This document shows positions 1 to 12,698 of a stretch of DNA of 64,000 nucleotides, in pieces. The stretch's first letter is position 1; each line of letters opens with the position of its first letter. This DNA is from Cetorhinus maximus. Taxonomy: Eukaryota. The notes beneath the pieces were generated by a model, which worked only from the letters and a program-made list of their open reading frames with translations, was not told where the DNA came from and did not search any database. The stretch is from NCBI RefSeq assembly GCF_964194155.1, contig NC_135881.1, positions 167,896,001 to 167,960,000 of the forward strand, in the 5' to 3' direction. Position numbers and translations under genes: made by a program.

Positions 1-455
1 GATAGAAATATCTGCAAACTATAGCTTGAGAAATAAAAAAAAATGAAGTTTTATTAGTAAATCGAGTTTTATTGCACCATAGAGTAAAATTTTGCATCAT
101 GAGATTCATGGCACAGTGTGTTATGTACCAATTGAAGAATTTGTGTGTGTAGCTCAGCCTGCCTTGAATCAGTGCTCCCTGTTTCTTGTCCCTTGTATAA
201 CTTTGGTTAAACTTGATCATTGTACCAATGTTTTTGAAATGATTGAGCTACACAGCAGAAAAATCTTTGTTAATGCTGCTCATGAGAAATCTACTGGCAT
301 TTTAATTTGTTTAAAAAATTTTGATGTAACATGGTTTGTGAAAATTAGACTGTAACCATAAACATGAGTATTGGGGGTGATGAATTAAAGGTAACTTAGA
401 CTGTTGATTTGTTTTATTTATATTTTTGTAATGCATCTTTCTCAATTTGTGCAGA

Positions 456-882
456 TTTTCTCCCCTATAGAGGAGGCTGAGGGGTGACCTAATTGAGGTG
501 TACAAAATTATGAGGGGCCTAGATGGGGTAGACAGGAAAGACTTGTTTTCCCTAACTGAGGGGTCATTTGTCAGGGGGCATAGATTTAAGGTGATTGGTG
601 GAAGGATTAGAGAGAACATGAAGAAAAACTTCTTCACCCAGAGGGTGGTGGGCGTCTGGAATTCACTGTCCGAATTGGTAGTTGAGGCTAAAATGCTCAA
701 CTCATTTAAAAGGTACCAGGATCTGAACCTGAAGTGCTGTAACCTGCAAGTCTACGGCCCAAGTGCTGGAAAGTGGGATTGAAATGTGCAGCTAGTTTCT
801 TTTTTTCTCCTCTTTTCTGCCAGCACAGACACAATGGGCTGAATGGCCTATTTCTGTGCTGTAACTTTCTATGCTTCTATGG
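456..882 (+). mobile_element. CR1 LINE, 5'-truncated 3' end
   Basis: ORF 498-782 (YKIMRGLDGVDRKDLF...RGHRFKV...NFFTQRVVGVWNSL) is the CR1 ORF2 C-terminus; 3'UTR atgggctgaatggcc and a ctatg tail follow. Confidence 0.9.
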
Positions 883-1260
883 TACCCATTAATTCCTTTG
901 TTTTCCTTCTGTCGTTAGTTATATGGGTTCAGCAATAGGTTTTCCATGACTGTCAACACAACTACATGGTTAGACAATGGAAAAGTATGTCTTGGTAATG
1001 TTGCATAGTTGGCCGTTTCAACTTTCTGCATTCCTCTCCTTGGGCCCAGAATTGACATACATTGCCCAGCAATCCAGGTCAGAACTGACAGGATGCTCTG
1101 CAGTATTGGAAAGAAATGAAAACTGTGAATTTAAAAAAAACAAGTTCTCAGCCCTTTGGGATTGAGTATTTTCTGCAGCTATTGGGCCTGCTTTGTAGTT
1201 TCTTTGCTTTGTCTTTTTGTATTTCTAATTTTAGACAGACTTCATTTTCCAATTCTTTAG

Positions 1261-1350
<90 letters not shown>

Positions 1351-3373
1351 TAAGTGTGTTGATTATTTCAATAGATTTCTATAGGTAAAGCCACCTGAAA
1401 TTGTATTTGAGTCTCCCATAAAGAACTGTACAACTCTTAAGTACAGCTTAAGTTGTACAGTTTAAAGTCTTAATATTCTGTGTACTGTCTTGCATATTTG
1501 AACAATTACAATGGTGAGGCAATTTCGGTATTTTTCTTTGAAGTGGTACAATACTCAGATTATGCAAGGTTATCTTAAACTACTTGATACAGATTTATGC
1601 ACCCTCCAATCCTAGCATTGAGCTGAGCAGGGAATATTGTGCAATCAGACCATATTCTCTTTGGGTTGTAATTGATATTTACAATGAAATGGAAAAAAAG
1701 CACTGTCATTGGAATGGTGGTAGTACTTCCGTAAGAATACTTTTGAGAAATGTAGGACATCTGTTTATGATAACATTGTCAGGAGTTAACTCCGAACAAT
1801 CCTTATGAAGACAAAGGCCTGAATTTTTGTAAAGCCAGAAGGGCTCCCTCTGCGCCTTAGCCAAAATGGCACTGGATCCCCAATTCTGGAACCATATCTG
1901 GCACCCAGCATTTTCGTGGGGGTGAGCGGAGGGAATGGGGACAAGAGGTATTTCACACATCTTCGGTTCATGGAGGCAGCATCGCATTTAAAAGTGCAGC
2001 TGCTGTTGAACCGATTGAAATTTTGTTAGCGAGCTTCCTGAAGCACAACTCGAGGGCTTTAGACATTTGAGAAAAATGTCTAAACCGAGTGGAGTTCTTT
2101 GGGAGAGGTAATGTACCCCTTTGGGAGAGGTCATGTATCCTTTGGGATTGTTAAGGGTAGACATGAATGTGTATAATAAGTAGGTAAGGTTAACAGAACT
2201 GTCACACTGTCAGGTCACTTAAATCCCCTGCCCTTTAAATTTTTGAAAACAAAAATATGAAAGTACAAAATAGGAGCGGAAGTCGGCCATTCAACCCCTG
2301 GAGCCTCCTCCGCCATTCAGTAAGATCATGGCCGATCTGTTTGTGTTTCAAATTCTGCAACCCATCTACCCTCGATAACCTTTCATTCCCTTGCCTAGCG
2401 AGAATCTATCTACCTCCATCTTAAAAATAATCAGTGACCCCGGCTCCACCGCCTTCTGAGATGGAGAGTTCCGTAAGACCATAAGATGTAGGAGCAGGTG
2501 TAGGCAATTCAACCCATCGAGTCTGCTCCGCCATTCAATGAAATCATGGCTGATCTGTTAATCCTCAATTCCACTTCCCTGCCTTTTCCCTATTACCCTC
2601 GATTCCCTTACTGATTAAAAATCTGTCTATCTCAGGTAAAGAATTACACAGATTCACTACCGTCTGAGAAAAGAAATTTCTCCTCACCTCTGTCTTAAAT
2701 GGGCGACCCCTTACTCTGAGCTTATGCCCTCTGGTCCTGGACTCTCCCACAAGGGGAAACAACCTCTCAGCATCTACCCTGTCAAGCCCCCTAATAAGGT
2801 TGTCTCTCATTCTTCTATACTCCAATGAGTTCTGGCCCAACCTACTCGACCTCTCCTCATATGAAAATCCCTCCATACCCGGGATCAACCTAGTGAACCT
2901 TCTCTGGACTGCCTCCAATGCCAGTATATCTTTTCTTAGATAAGGGAACCAAAACTGTTCACGGTATTCTAGGTGTGGTCGAACTAGCACCTTGTTTGGT
3001 TTTAGCAAGACTTCCCTATTTTTATACTCCATTCCCTAAAGTCCAACACTCTATTTGCTTTCCCTATTACCTGCTGAACTTGTATGTTAGCTTTTTGGGA
3101 TTCATGCACGAGGACTCCCAAATCCCTCTGTGCTTTAGCCTTCTGCAGTCTTTCTCCATGTAAATAATATTCAGCTCCTCTGTTCTTCCTGCCAAAATGC
3201 ATAACCTCACATTTTCCCACATTATATTCCATCTGCCAAGTTTTTGCTCACTCACATAACCTGTTTATATCCCTCTGTAGGCTTTTTGGGTGGAATTTTC
3301 CATGCGCGCTGGTGGCAGGCACGATAGATGGCATGAGCGGATAATGTGGTGGGGGGTGTTTGGGGTTAAGTGC

Positions 3374-3500
3374 TGCCCTGCCTCTGAGGCGACTTGTGAG
3401 AGGGAGTGGGGGTCAGGTGCAGCCTTGCCATTGAGGCGACTTGCGAGGCAGGGTGGGGAATGTGCAGCCCTGCCTCTGAGGTGACTGGAGGCGGGGGCAA
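3374..3500 (+). repeat. Three ~48-bp tandem units in the left arm of Harbinger-1
   Basis: Repeated gcagccctgcctctgaggcgacttg-like unit at ~3374, ~3418 and ~3464. Confidence 0.7.
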
Positions 3501-3829
3501 GGGCAGCCCTGATGTTGAATATAGCACACAAGCATTCGGGGTAGGGAGGCTGGGTGGGCAAGGGGAGTGGCCACATATTTGGGAATATGGTAGAAAGTGA
3601 CCATTCCTCTGCAACTGAGACAGTTCAGGCACAGCCACATTGATATGACTGGGGTTGGGCTCATAGCTTATCTGCCCACTCAAGTCACACACAGGCATCA
3701 AAGTTCCACCAAGTTCTCCAGAGCTTACCCCCACTCCTTCACACCACACATACCATCCAAGATCCACAGAGAGCTGTCGCTGGTTGGTGCCTAATGATAT
3801 CCAGGGTCTATAGATGCCGCCTTTCATTC

Positions 3830-4822
3830 CTGCAGATGACTGAGAACCAGTGCCACTGAAGACTGCAAATGTCTAGGGAACTGGTTGCTCACATCTGCCA
3901 TTCACTGCAGGATTTGGTGCCATGGGGACATGGAGGGCATCCAGTGGCAGTGAAAGTGACTGTGGCGCTCAATTTCTATGCCAGTGGCTCCTTTCAGGGC
4001 TCTACAGGTGACTTCTGTGGGATCTCTCAAGTCTCCACCCACAAATGCATCCATGAGGTCACGGGTGTCATCTTTGTGTGGTCACGCAACTTTGTGCATT
4101 TTGTCAGGACCCGGACAGCCAGGATGCAAGAGCGTTTGGATTCGCCCAGATCTTGGGTTTTCCACAGGTTCAGGGTGCGATTGACTTCACTCATGTGGCG
4201 CTCAGATCTCCATCGCAACACACTGTGGACTACATCAACTGCAAGGGCTTCCATTCGCTGAATGTGCGACCACCAGAACTGCATCCTGCATGTGCGCATG
4301 ATTTCCAGGGAGTGTGCACGTTGCCTACACCCTCAGTTGATCACAGATCCCTGGAGTCTTCCAGGGTCCACAGAAGCTGCAGGGATGGCTCCTCGCGGAC
4401 CAGGGCGACCCGCAGAGGCTGTGACTGATGACACCCGTGCGGCGGCCTCAAACTGCAGCAGAGCGACGGTAAAATGAGGCTCACGCTGCAGCTCTCAACT
4501 TGCTGAAGATGTGGTTCCGGGCTTGGACTGGTCTGGTGGAACCCTGCAATACAGTCCGCAGAGGGTGTCACGCGTCATCGTTGTCTACTGCGCCCTTTAC
4601 AACCTGGTTCTCCAAACAGGGAGACGAGCTGGCTGAGGAGGAGATGGAGGAGCTGCATGTTTCCTCCGATGAGGACGACGCCAATGAAGATGAGGCTGAG
4701 GGGGCCCTCGGAGGTGATGATGATGGAGACGAGGCCCTCGCACTGGCTAGATGAGCCAGGTGCACTCGAGAGGCCCTCATAGCTGTTAGATTTGTGGAGG
4801 ATGATGACGACAACATGCAGTG
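3830..4822 (+). pseudogene. HARBI1-like DDE transposase of Harbinger-1, frameshifted
   Basis: VAVKVTVALNFYASGSFQ (ORF 3869), GFPQVQGAIDFTHV...YINCKGFHSLN (ORF 4078) and an acidic C-terminus (ORF 4500) lie in different frames. Boundaries approximate. Confidence 0.85.
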
Positions 4823-5076
4823 AGGTCCCTTACATCGTATTTGTGAGCGTTTGACTCTAGTCTGGCTTATGTTAGCGCGAATACTCTCTGTGAGAATGCT
4901 CCTGTTATGGAGATGTGGTGGAGACCCTTATAGTCACTCAATTGCAGGAGGATGATGACATACATTGAGGACATTCCATAAATCTTCACGCAGCCCCTGA
5001 GAATGCCTGACTCCTGTCTGGCTGAGGGCAGCTCGATGATGCTCCGTGATCAGGGTCATATCATAGAGATGCAGCT

Positions 5077-5847
5077 TGTTATGACCGATGCAGTTGTTAA
5101 AACGGAGTTATTTAAAAATCTCAGAGGGAAACTTTAAACAACTGTCATAACTTATAATATTAACTGGTATGTTTGAGGCACGACTCTAAATTCAGAAATC
5201 AGACCATCAGTTCTTGAGGTTTTACGTTAAACTAAGTGAAAAATTTTATTAATTTATACAGGTTAAAATACATATACACATGGCTACAAATCACTACTAT
5301 CATAACTTTTAACAAATTCCCAAACTAATCTCCATTAAGGCAACAGCAACCCATAGACTTGACCAAACACCAGGCAAAGCATTTTCACCTTACAAATTCA
5401 AAATGAGGTTCTTTTCACTTGGTTCCTGTGGAGCCAGTTGGAGGCCTGCAGCTGCCTTATGATCTCACATTGCCTCTGCTCTGCACACCCAAAAACTACT
5501 GAAGTTATACCTACCAGCCCCATTGAATATTACTTCCCATTGTATCAACAACCTCTGAACTAAACCTCTCAAACAATAAAACCCCTTTCATAGTATCAGT
5601 TTTATTAGTAATATAAACATATTGCTTGGTAGCTGCTAGAAAGGCATCAGTTTTCACTTCACTTCTTGATTGCTCTATTCAAAAACTGCAAATGCATGCT
5701 ACCTCTCTTACATATCAAAACTAATACACATCAAAGCACCCAGACTAGCTGGCTTTAATCCAATTAAGACACACCCACAGACTAAACCTCTATTTAAAAA
5801 GAAAAATATTTTCCAATAATATTATGTACATTAATAGCTTCATGATA
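5077..5847 (-). mobile_element. Solo LTR (family shared with 12593-13492)
   Basis: Minus strand starts TATCATGAAG and ends CATAACA; shares aaatagagg..gtgtgt..cttaattggattaa..gctttgatgt with the 12593 copy; AATAAA on the minus strand near 5245-5250. Confidence 0.7.
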
Positions 5848-6286
5848 AACTTTAGAAACACCTGATCCTTTGTCTGCCTTCAGCACCTGAGCCCTTCAGG
5901 AGCTGGAGCACGGCATCAGTGGTCACAGATGCTGAAGAAATGGGGCCCAGCCCCCCCCTTAAAGGTGCTGAGAGCACACAGAGAGAATGAGAGAGCTCTG
6001 TGGCACCTGCCCATTACCTTCTGGCAGCAATGACCAGCACAGCTGAGGTGTAATGTCTCCAGTCCGTGTGAGGCTGGACCATCACTTTGGTCTGAAGGCT
6101 GCACAGAGCAGAGGCCCTGGACTGAGACACCTGCTTTTATCCTGTGCAGAATGGTTTCACATCTCAGTGACTAGAGCACTGCTCATCAGAACAAGGAGCC
6201 ATAGGCAGGGAGACATTCTTGGGAGCTTATTAACTGTAGTGAACCTTATGTACAAGTGGTTAACACCTGTGCCCAGGCTGTGCAAG

Positions 6287-7970
6287 TAATTTCCCTTAAC
6301 CATCCTAACCCTGCCGCTACGCCTTGGTACTCCCCAGATATGCACGTTGGAGGCTGATTGCAGTGTCCTGTCTGTGATGATTTTGGCGGGCATCCTCTGG
6401 AGGGCCAAGACTTGGTGGGCCCCGGCCTGCTTTCGGGGTCCTGCTGTGTGGCAGTGGCACCCTCCTGGACCTGTGGAGCTGGAGCTGCTGAGGTCACAGG
6501 AAGAGGGGAGTCGGATGGGCCGGACACTCTCAAAGTCACCTGGATGGATGGGCCCTGGAGTGTGCACATGTGGATCTACCTCCCTGTTGGTGCTTGGGGG
6601 CCCCAGGCTGACTCCTTGAGGAGCAAGGGTAGCTGGAGAGAAATCGAGCTGCCCGGCACCCCTCTCAACATTGTTGGAGGCCAACTATGGCATCAGCGGC
6701 GGAGTTGAGCCTGCGCAGCAGTGCAGGAGCGAAGTCCTAGACCAAGATCTAAATGGCGGCTGTCATCCTGCCAGCGTTGACCTCGGTGCGTTGGCATGCT
6801 GGCGCTATCATTTCAGACTGAAGGTGGACGGACTCCTCCGTCATGCCTTGCAATATGAGGAGTGCAGCAAACTTCCCTTCCTGTTGTTCCCTAGCTTGCC
6901 TTTGCAGCTCCTGCAACTGTGACATGACCAAGCCCAAAGGCTTGTTATCTGACTCGGACTCAGCAACGTTCTGGCCTCCAGCAGTCCTTTGAGTGCCAGA
7001 TACCTGGAAGGTCTTTGCTGCTGCCCACAGTGGATCAGACGGTGCGATGTGCTCACCAGATTATGATGCCGGGGCTACCCTAAAGCATGGTCTCACTGAG
7101 GTGTGTGTCTCTGCGCTGGTGGAGGGTGTGGGTGAGCGCTGTGACGGGACTTCAGGGAGAGTGCCTTCAGATTCCTCTTCAGAGGTTTCTTCGGGGCTTG
7201 ATTGGAGGCCCTGCAGCATGGGTTCTGTCGGCTGCTTGGCAGATGTTCCTGCAAAAGCATGGAGAGATAATTAGTGCATGGCGATGGCCTGTGAAAGAGG
7301 ACATATCACTCATAGCATGGTTGTCTAATGGATGTTGTACTGCTGAATCCTCACTTGGTAGAACACCACCAACCTCACTGTCAGCGCAGGATTGGTCCGG
7401 ATCCTCGCCGGCCAGCTGGATGGCTCTGTTTTCAAAGTCCATGAGGAACTTGATTTCAGGCATTCCGCCACTGGCCTGCGACCTTGCTCTCTTATTGTGT
7501 GCCAGCTTGTCCTGCATGGATAAGAGATGGAGAAAGTGTAAGCAGGACGCCTGCCGGGCCAGATGATAAATGTGCCTGGCCTGTGCGGGTGGTGAGTGGT
7601 CCCATGGATGGGATGAGGACAATGAAGGTCTGTGTGAGAGAGTGAATGGTGATATCCCTTAAACTGGCAGTGAATTCCCTGTGGATGTGTGCTGGGTTTG
7701 AGAATGTGTGAGTTAGGAGTGATGAAAAGAGTGACTTACCCTGGTGGAACGGAGGAGATCACTCATCCTCTTGCAGCACCGAGTAGTTGTTCTCTTATGA
7801 TGGGCGATGGCGCTGACCACCGCTGCCACCATCTCCCAAGCTGGATTGGTCATGTTGCTGCCCATCCTGATACAGAGCATCCTGGCTGGCCTCCACGGCA
7901 TCCACAGTCGCTCGATGGACCCGTTTTAAACTGGGGGGGGGCGACAGCCTTCTTGCCTTCGAGGGCCATG
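6287..7970 (-). pseudogene. Myb/SANT-like DNA-binding gene of Harbinger-1 (three exons, decayed)
   Basis: Exon 1 MALEGKK...AWEMVAAVVSA...RCCKRMSDLLRSTR then GTAAGT (~7739); exon 2 after CAG (~7512) DKLAHNKRARSQASGG...; exon 3 after TTTTGCAG (~7250). 3' end approximate. Confidence 0.75.
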
Positions 7971-10900
7971 CCTCCTGGGCAGCAATGGTGAGCTGGAAGC
8001 AATGAGCGCTGTGCTTGCAGCTGACCTTTAAACATGGCGCCCGGCATGATACAACGGCGGGGTCATGGCAGGCAGGTGAATGATGAGCCCGCCCACCATG
8101 GAAATGGCGTGTTTCCCGGGAATGAATAAATAATGAGACTGGCTCGGGACGATACTGCGTTAGAACCTGCCGTCGCAGTCGGTGGGCAGCACGCCATTTT
8201 ACCCACCCGCTACCACACAGTGTAAATTTGGGAAAATTCCATCCTTTGTGTTATCCTCACTACTTGCCTTCCCACCTATTTTTGTGTCATCCGCAAACTT
8301 GGTGATAGTACTTCCCTCATCAAAGTCATTAATATATATTGTAAATTATTGTGGCCCTAGCATTGAACCCTGTGACACTCTACTAGTTACAGGTTACCAT
8401 CCCGAAAATGGCCCCCTCATCCCAACTCTGTCTTCTATTAGTTAGCCAATCCTCTATCCATGCTAATATACTTCCCCCAACATGCTGGGCTATTATCTTA
8501 TTCAGTAGCCTTATGTGTGGTACCTTATCGAAGCCTTTTGGAAATCAAAATATATTACATCTACTGGTTCCCCTTTATCTATCCTGTTTGTTACCACCTC
8601 AAAAGAATTCTAATAAATTGCTCAGGCATGATTTTCCCTTCATGAAGCTATGTGGACTCTGCTTGATTATATTATGCATTCTAAATGCTCTGCCATTACA
8701 CCCTTCATAGTAGACCAACATTTTCCCAATAATGGATGTTAAGCTAACTGGCCTATAGTTACCTGTTGATTTATCTCCCTCCCTTTTTGAATAAGGACGC
8801 TACATTGGCACTTTTGCAATCTTCTGGGACCTTTCCAGAATCTAAGGATTCTTGGGAGATTACTACCAGTGCATCCACAATTTGTGTAGCTACTTCCTTT
8901 AATATCCTAGGATGCAACCCATCAGGTCCAGGGAACGTCTTGGCCTTTAGCTCCATTAGTTTCCCTAGTACTTTTTCTCTAGTGATAGTTATTGTATTTA
9001 TTTTCTCCTCCCCTTTTGTTCTTGACTATTTAGTATTTTTGGAATGCTATTAGTGTCATCTACTGTAAAGACTGATGCAAAGTATTTATCTAGCTCCTCT
9101 GCCATTTCCTGGTTCCCCATTATTATTTCCCCAGCCTCATTCTCTAAGGGGCTTATGTTCACTTTTTCCTCTCTTTTATATATTTAAAGACGCTCTTACT
9201 GTCCATTTTTATATTACTTTCTAGTTCACCCTCCAAGTTTATTTTCTCCCTCTTTATTTTTTTTTGGTCATCTTATGTTGATTTTTAAATGTTTCCCAAT
9301 CCTCTGGCTTACCATTAATCTTTGCCACATCGTATGTTTTTTTCTTTCAATTTAATACTATCCTTAACTCCCTTGGTTAACCATGGTTGGTTTATCCCCT
9401 TCCTAGAATCCACCTTCCTCACTGGGATATATCTTTGTTGTGAGTCATGAACTATTTTCTTAAATGTCTGCCATTGTTCATCAACCATCTTTTCTGCCAA
9501 ACTCCTTTCCTGGTCCATTCCTTTGTAATTACCCTTATTTAAGTTTAGCATAGTTGTTGGACAATCATCTGAGAGAAAAACAATTCCCCTCATCTGTCCT
9601 AAGAGGGCAACCCCTGATTTTAAAACAGTGCCCCTAGTTCTGGACTCAGCCACAATAGGAAACACCCTTTCCACGTGCATCTTGTTGAGACCATTCACGA
9701 TCTTACACTTCAGTCAAGTCACCCCTCACTCTTCTAATCTCCAGTGGAAACAAGTCCAGTCTGCCTAACCTTTCCTCATAAGACAAACCCGCTCATTCCA
9801 GGTATCAATCTAGTAAACCTCCTCTGAACTGCCTCCAATGCATTTATGTCCTTCGTTAAATAAGGAGACCAAAACTGCACACAGTATTTGAGATGTGGTC
9901 TCACCAGTGCCCTGTATAAATGAAGCATAACCTTCTTACTTTTATGTTCAATTCCTCTCGTAATGAAGGATAGCATTCCATTAGCCTTCTTAATTACTTG
10001 CTGTACATGCATACTAACTTATTATGACTCATGCACTAGAATATCTAGATCCCTCTGCACCTTGGAATTCTGAAGGCGTTCTCTACTTTTTTTTTATTCC
10101 TGCCAAAGTGAACAACTTCACATTTTCCCACATTGTAGTCCATCTGCCAGATTTTTGCCCACTCACTCAAATTACCTACATCCATCTGCAAACTCCTTAT
10201 GTCATCTTCACAACTTACTTTCCTACCTATTTTTGTGTCACCTGCAAATTTAGCTACCATGCTTTCATTCCCCTCATCTAAGTCATGATATAAATTGTAA
10301 AACGTTGAGACCCAAGCACAGACCCCTGTGGAACTCCACTTGTCACATCCTGTCGATCAGAAAAAGACCCAGTTAGGCATACCGTCTGTTATGCCCTACA
10401 CCATGAGCTTTAATTTTCTGCAATAACCTTTGATGTGGCACCTGATCAAATGCCTTTTGGATACCCAAGTACAGTACATCAACAGGCTCCCATTTATCTG
10501 CATGTTACTCCTTCATAGAGCTCCAGTAAATTGGTTAAACGTGATTTCCCTGCAGTTGAAAAAAATCATGCTTGCAATTTCACTAGATGTTCGTTCCCAC
10601 AAGCCTGATTGACAGCTCCAAGAGGTCATAGAGATTAATTGTCTTTGATGTGGAGCTATGAATACAAATGTTTGTGTTTAAAAGGCATTAAGCACTTAAA
10701 GGAAATGTTTGTTTTTATAGAGGGTTAAGTGTTTGAAGGGATTTAAATCTATCAAATGGCCTTTTATCAATGAGAGTGTTTTTTAAAAATATAGTGACAT
10801 TTGTAATAGATACTTAGAACTTTATTTCATCTTAGCATGACTCCTAAGGTCTGCCCATGGTGGATACTAGGTGAGTTGGCATGGAGGGTGTAAGGACAAA

Positions 10901-11779
10901 AGGTGGTGGGTGAGAGACATGGGTGGCATGAGTTGGGACTAAATTGCCATAGGAGCTATAACATTTCATGAGTGGGTAGAGGGGCACATTTGGTACGAAG
11001 GGCCATGGTGGGGTCTGGTGGGTGGGAGGCATGAATTGGCATGGATAGGGCAAGTTGGGGGGCCGGTGATGTGAGGGCCAGAGGGCTGTTGTTTGTTCTA
11101 TTGTTTTGATTACAACAGGGACAAAGCCCCAGACTGAGGCAAGCCTTTTAAGCAGCTGCCTTGGCACCCAGTAGCCCCTCTGGATGCCTCCACCCTATTT
11201 CCAGGGGCAGCAGGCCAGCCCCCCATTGGCACCCGACCCACTCCACCACCACCAACACCACCAACCCTTTGGGGCACTCTCTCCTGAGTCAGGTTTGCAG
11301 AGTCGAGAAATTTCCTGATTCTGCGCACCCAGCTCAATTAAAAATTCGTCCCAAAGTCTTGTCTTTACATTTGGGGCACAATCCATTGCATGGGATGACC
11401 TACAAACTAAATGGGACAGACTAAGGATAGATTGAGCACTAAGAGGCATGCCAACGATTGGCAGCAGACTTGTATAACCATGGTCCAACATGTCCTTCAC
11501 TCCTCCATCTAGGCAAAACCAGAACCATACCTAGGTTCATAGAAGAATATGCTAGGAACAACCCCAAAAGCTGCAGGTTATAGAACACAACAGCTCTACA
11601 AGCAATCAATCGGGTAATTTGTTTTGTTAGCCTTAGCACATCCAATCAAGTGCTCCTCAGGACATCATGGCTTTCCTGTCCATTCAGCTGCTTCATTATA
11701 TCCTTTATTCTGCCATAATGAGTGAGGTTTTTCACTGATCACATTTTGCAGAATTCAAAAGCATTCACAGCTGTATGTC

Positions 11780-12590
11780 TACCACAGCACCTGGGATGAT
11801 GTCCTTGGGGCTGACCAGTTGCAGGTAACATTCACACCACAAATATGCCTTACAATGACTAAATTCAAGAAAAGGCCAACTACCCTTCCCAACCTTCAAC
11901 AACAATGAATTTACTGAGTTTCCCCATTTTCAATATCTTTGGGAATCATCAGAAGCTTAACCTGCCCAGGAGTTTTGACATTACGGCTAACAGGGTGAAG
12001 CAGTCTTGGTACTTTGTGATGAAAGGCACGCTCCCTGACTGATCCATGCTTCCCCACCATCTGCATGTCTCAAATCAGGAGTGCGATGAAATACCGTTCA
12101 CCTGGATGGATGCATGCAAAGCAGAGCAAAGCAATTATTTAATTGTCTTCACTGCCACCAGGCTCAGAATTCACTACTGGGCTGGAGGTGTCAGCTGTGG
12201 CTCAGTTCATAGCACCCTCGCCTTTGAATCAGAGGGTTGTGGGTTCATGTTCCACTCCCGGAAACCAAGAACTGTGATTGTACTCGAAAGAGTTGCAATC
12301 TGTGACTGTTGATAAATCGAAAGAGTTTCACTACTGGGCTGCCAGCAAACTGTGGCTACACTATGCACTAACTACAGAATGCATTGCAAGATTTTACCAA
12401 GTTTATTTGCATATTTTCAGAACAAAGAGCAATAAGAGCAGCAATGTTGTGAGAATGCCATCACCAACAAAATGCCTGCCAAGTCACACACCACCCTGAC
12501 TTGGACATGAACTTCTCTTTTATAATAACTGTCATAGAAAATCCTGTAATTTTCACCATCATTGGAGTGCCATCAGCACAAAGATGGCAG
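11780..12590 (+). mobile_element. Old L2/CR1-group LINE fragment with an inserted tRNA-derived SINE head (~12190-12265)
   Basis: Degenerate similarity to the 49715-51268 family; tRNA-like A/B-box head tcagctgtggctcag...gggttcatgttcc. Confidence 0.5.
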
Positions 12591-12592
12591 TT

Positions 12593-12642
12593 TGTCAGGA
12601 AGATATAATGTAATTGGAATTTATTGTAAAATAGAGGGGTGG

Positions 12643-12698
<56 letters not shown>

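Larger units (their letters stand above)
3288..8244 (+). mobile_element. PIF/Harbinger DNA transposon 1 (full length, decayed)
   Basis: TIRs GGGTGGAATTTTCC (3288) and GGAAAATTCCATCC (ends 8244), 13/14 match; TTT TSD on both sides; convergent nuclease and Myb/SANT genes inside. Confidence 0.92.
2473..9557 (-). mobile_element. CR1 LINE B (pieces 2473-3287 and 8245-~9557), interrupted by Harbinger-1
   Basis: ORF2 fragments at 2565-3032, 3002-3232 and 8771-8956 (PGPDGLHPRILKE); the CR1 sequence reads through across the Harbinger TSD. Confidence 0.85.
2256..10552 (-). mobile_element. CR1 LINE A (pieces ~2256-2472 and ~9558-10552), interrupted by CR1 B
   Basis: CR1 3'UTR at 2256-2472 resumes near 9560; ORF2 fragments at 9776-10012 (LVRPHLKYCVQFWSPYL) and 10045-10260 (KFAGDTK). 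Confidence 0.8.
1816..11352. mobile_element. Harbinger-type non-autonomous element split by nested insertions (own sequence ~1816-2255 and ~10553-11352)
   Basis: Imperfect TIRs GGCCTGAATTTTT / AAAAATTCGTCCC, both flanked by AAA (3-bp TSD); the right part resembles 48400-49049. Confidence 0.55.

Noticed and set aside
5916-7566. Many overlapping GC-rich ORFs on both strands
   Set aside because: They are explained by the decayed Harbinger Myb exon 3 and its antisense frames; no independent gene.
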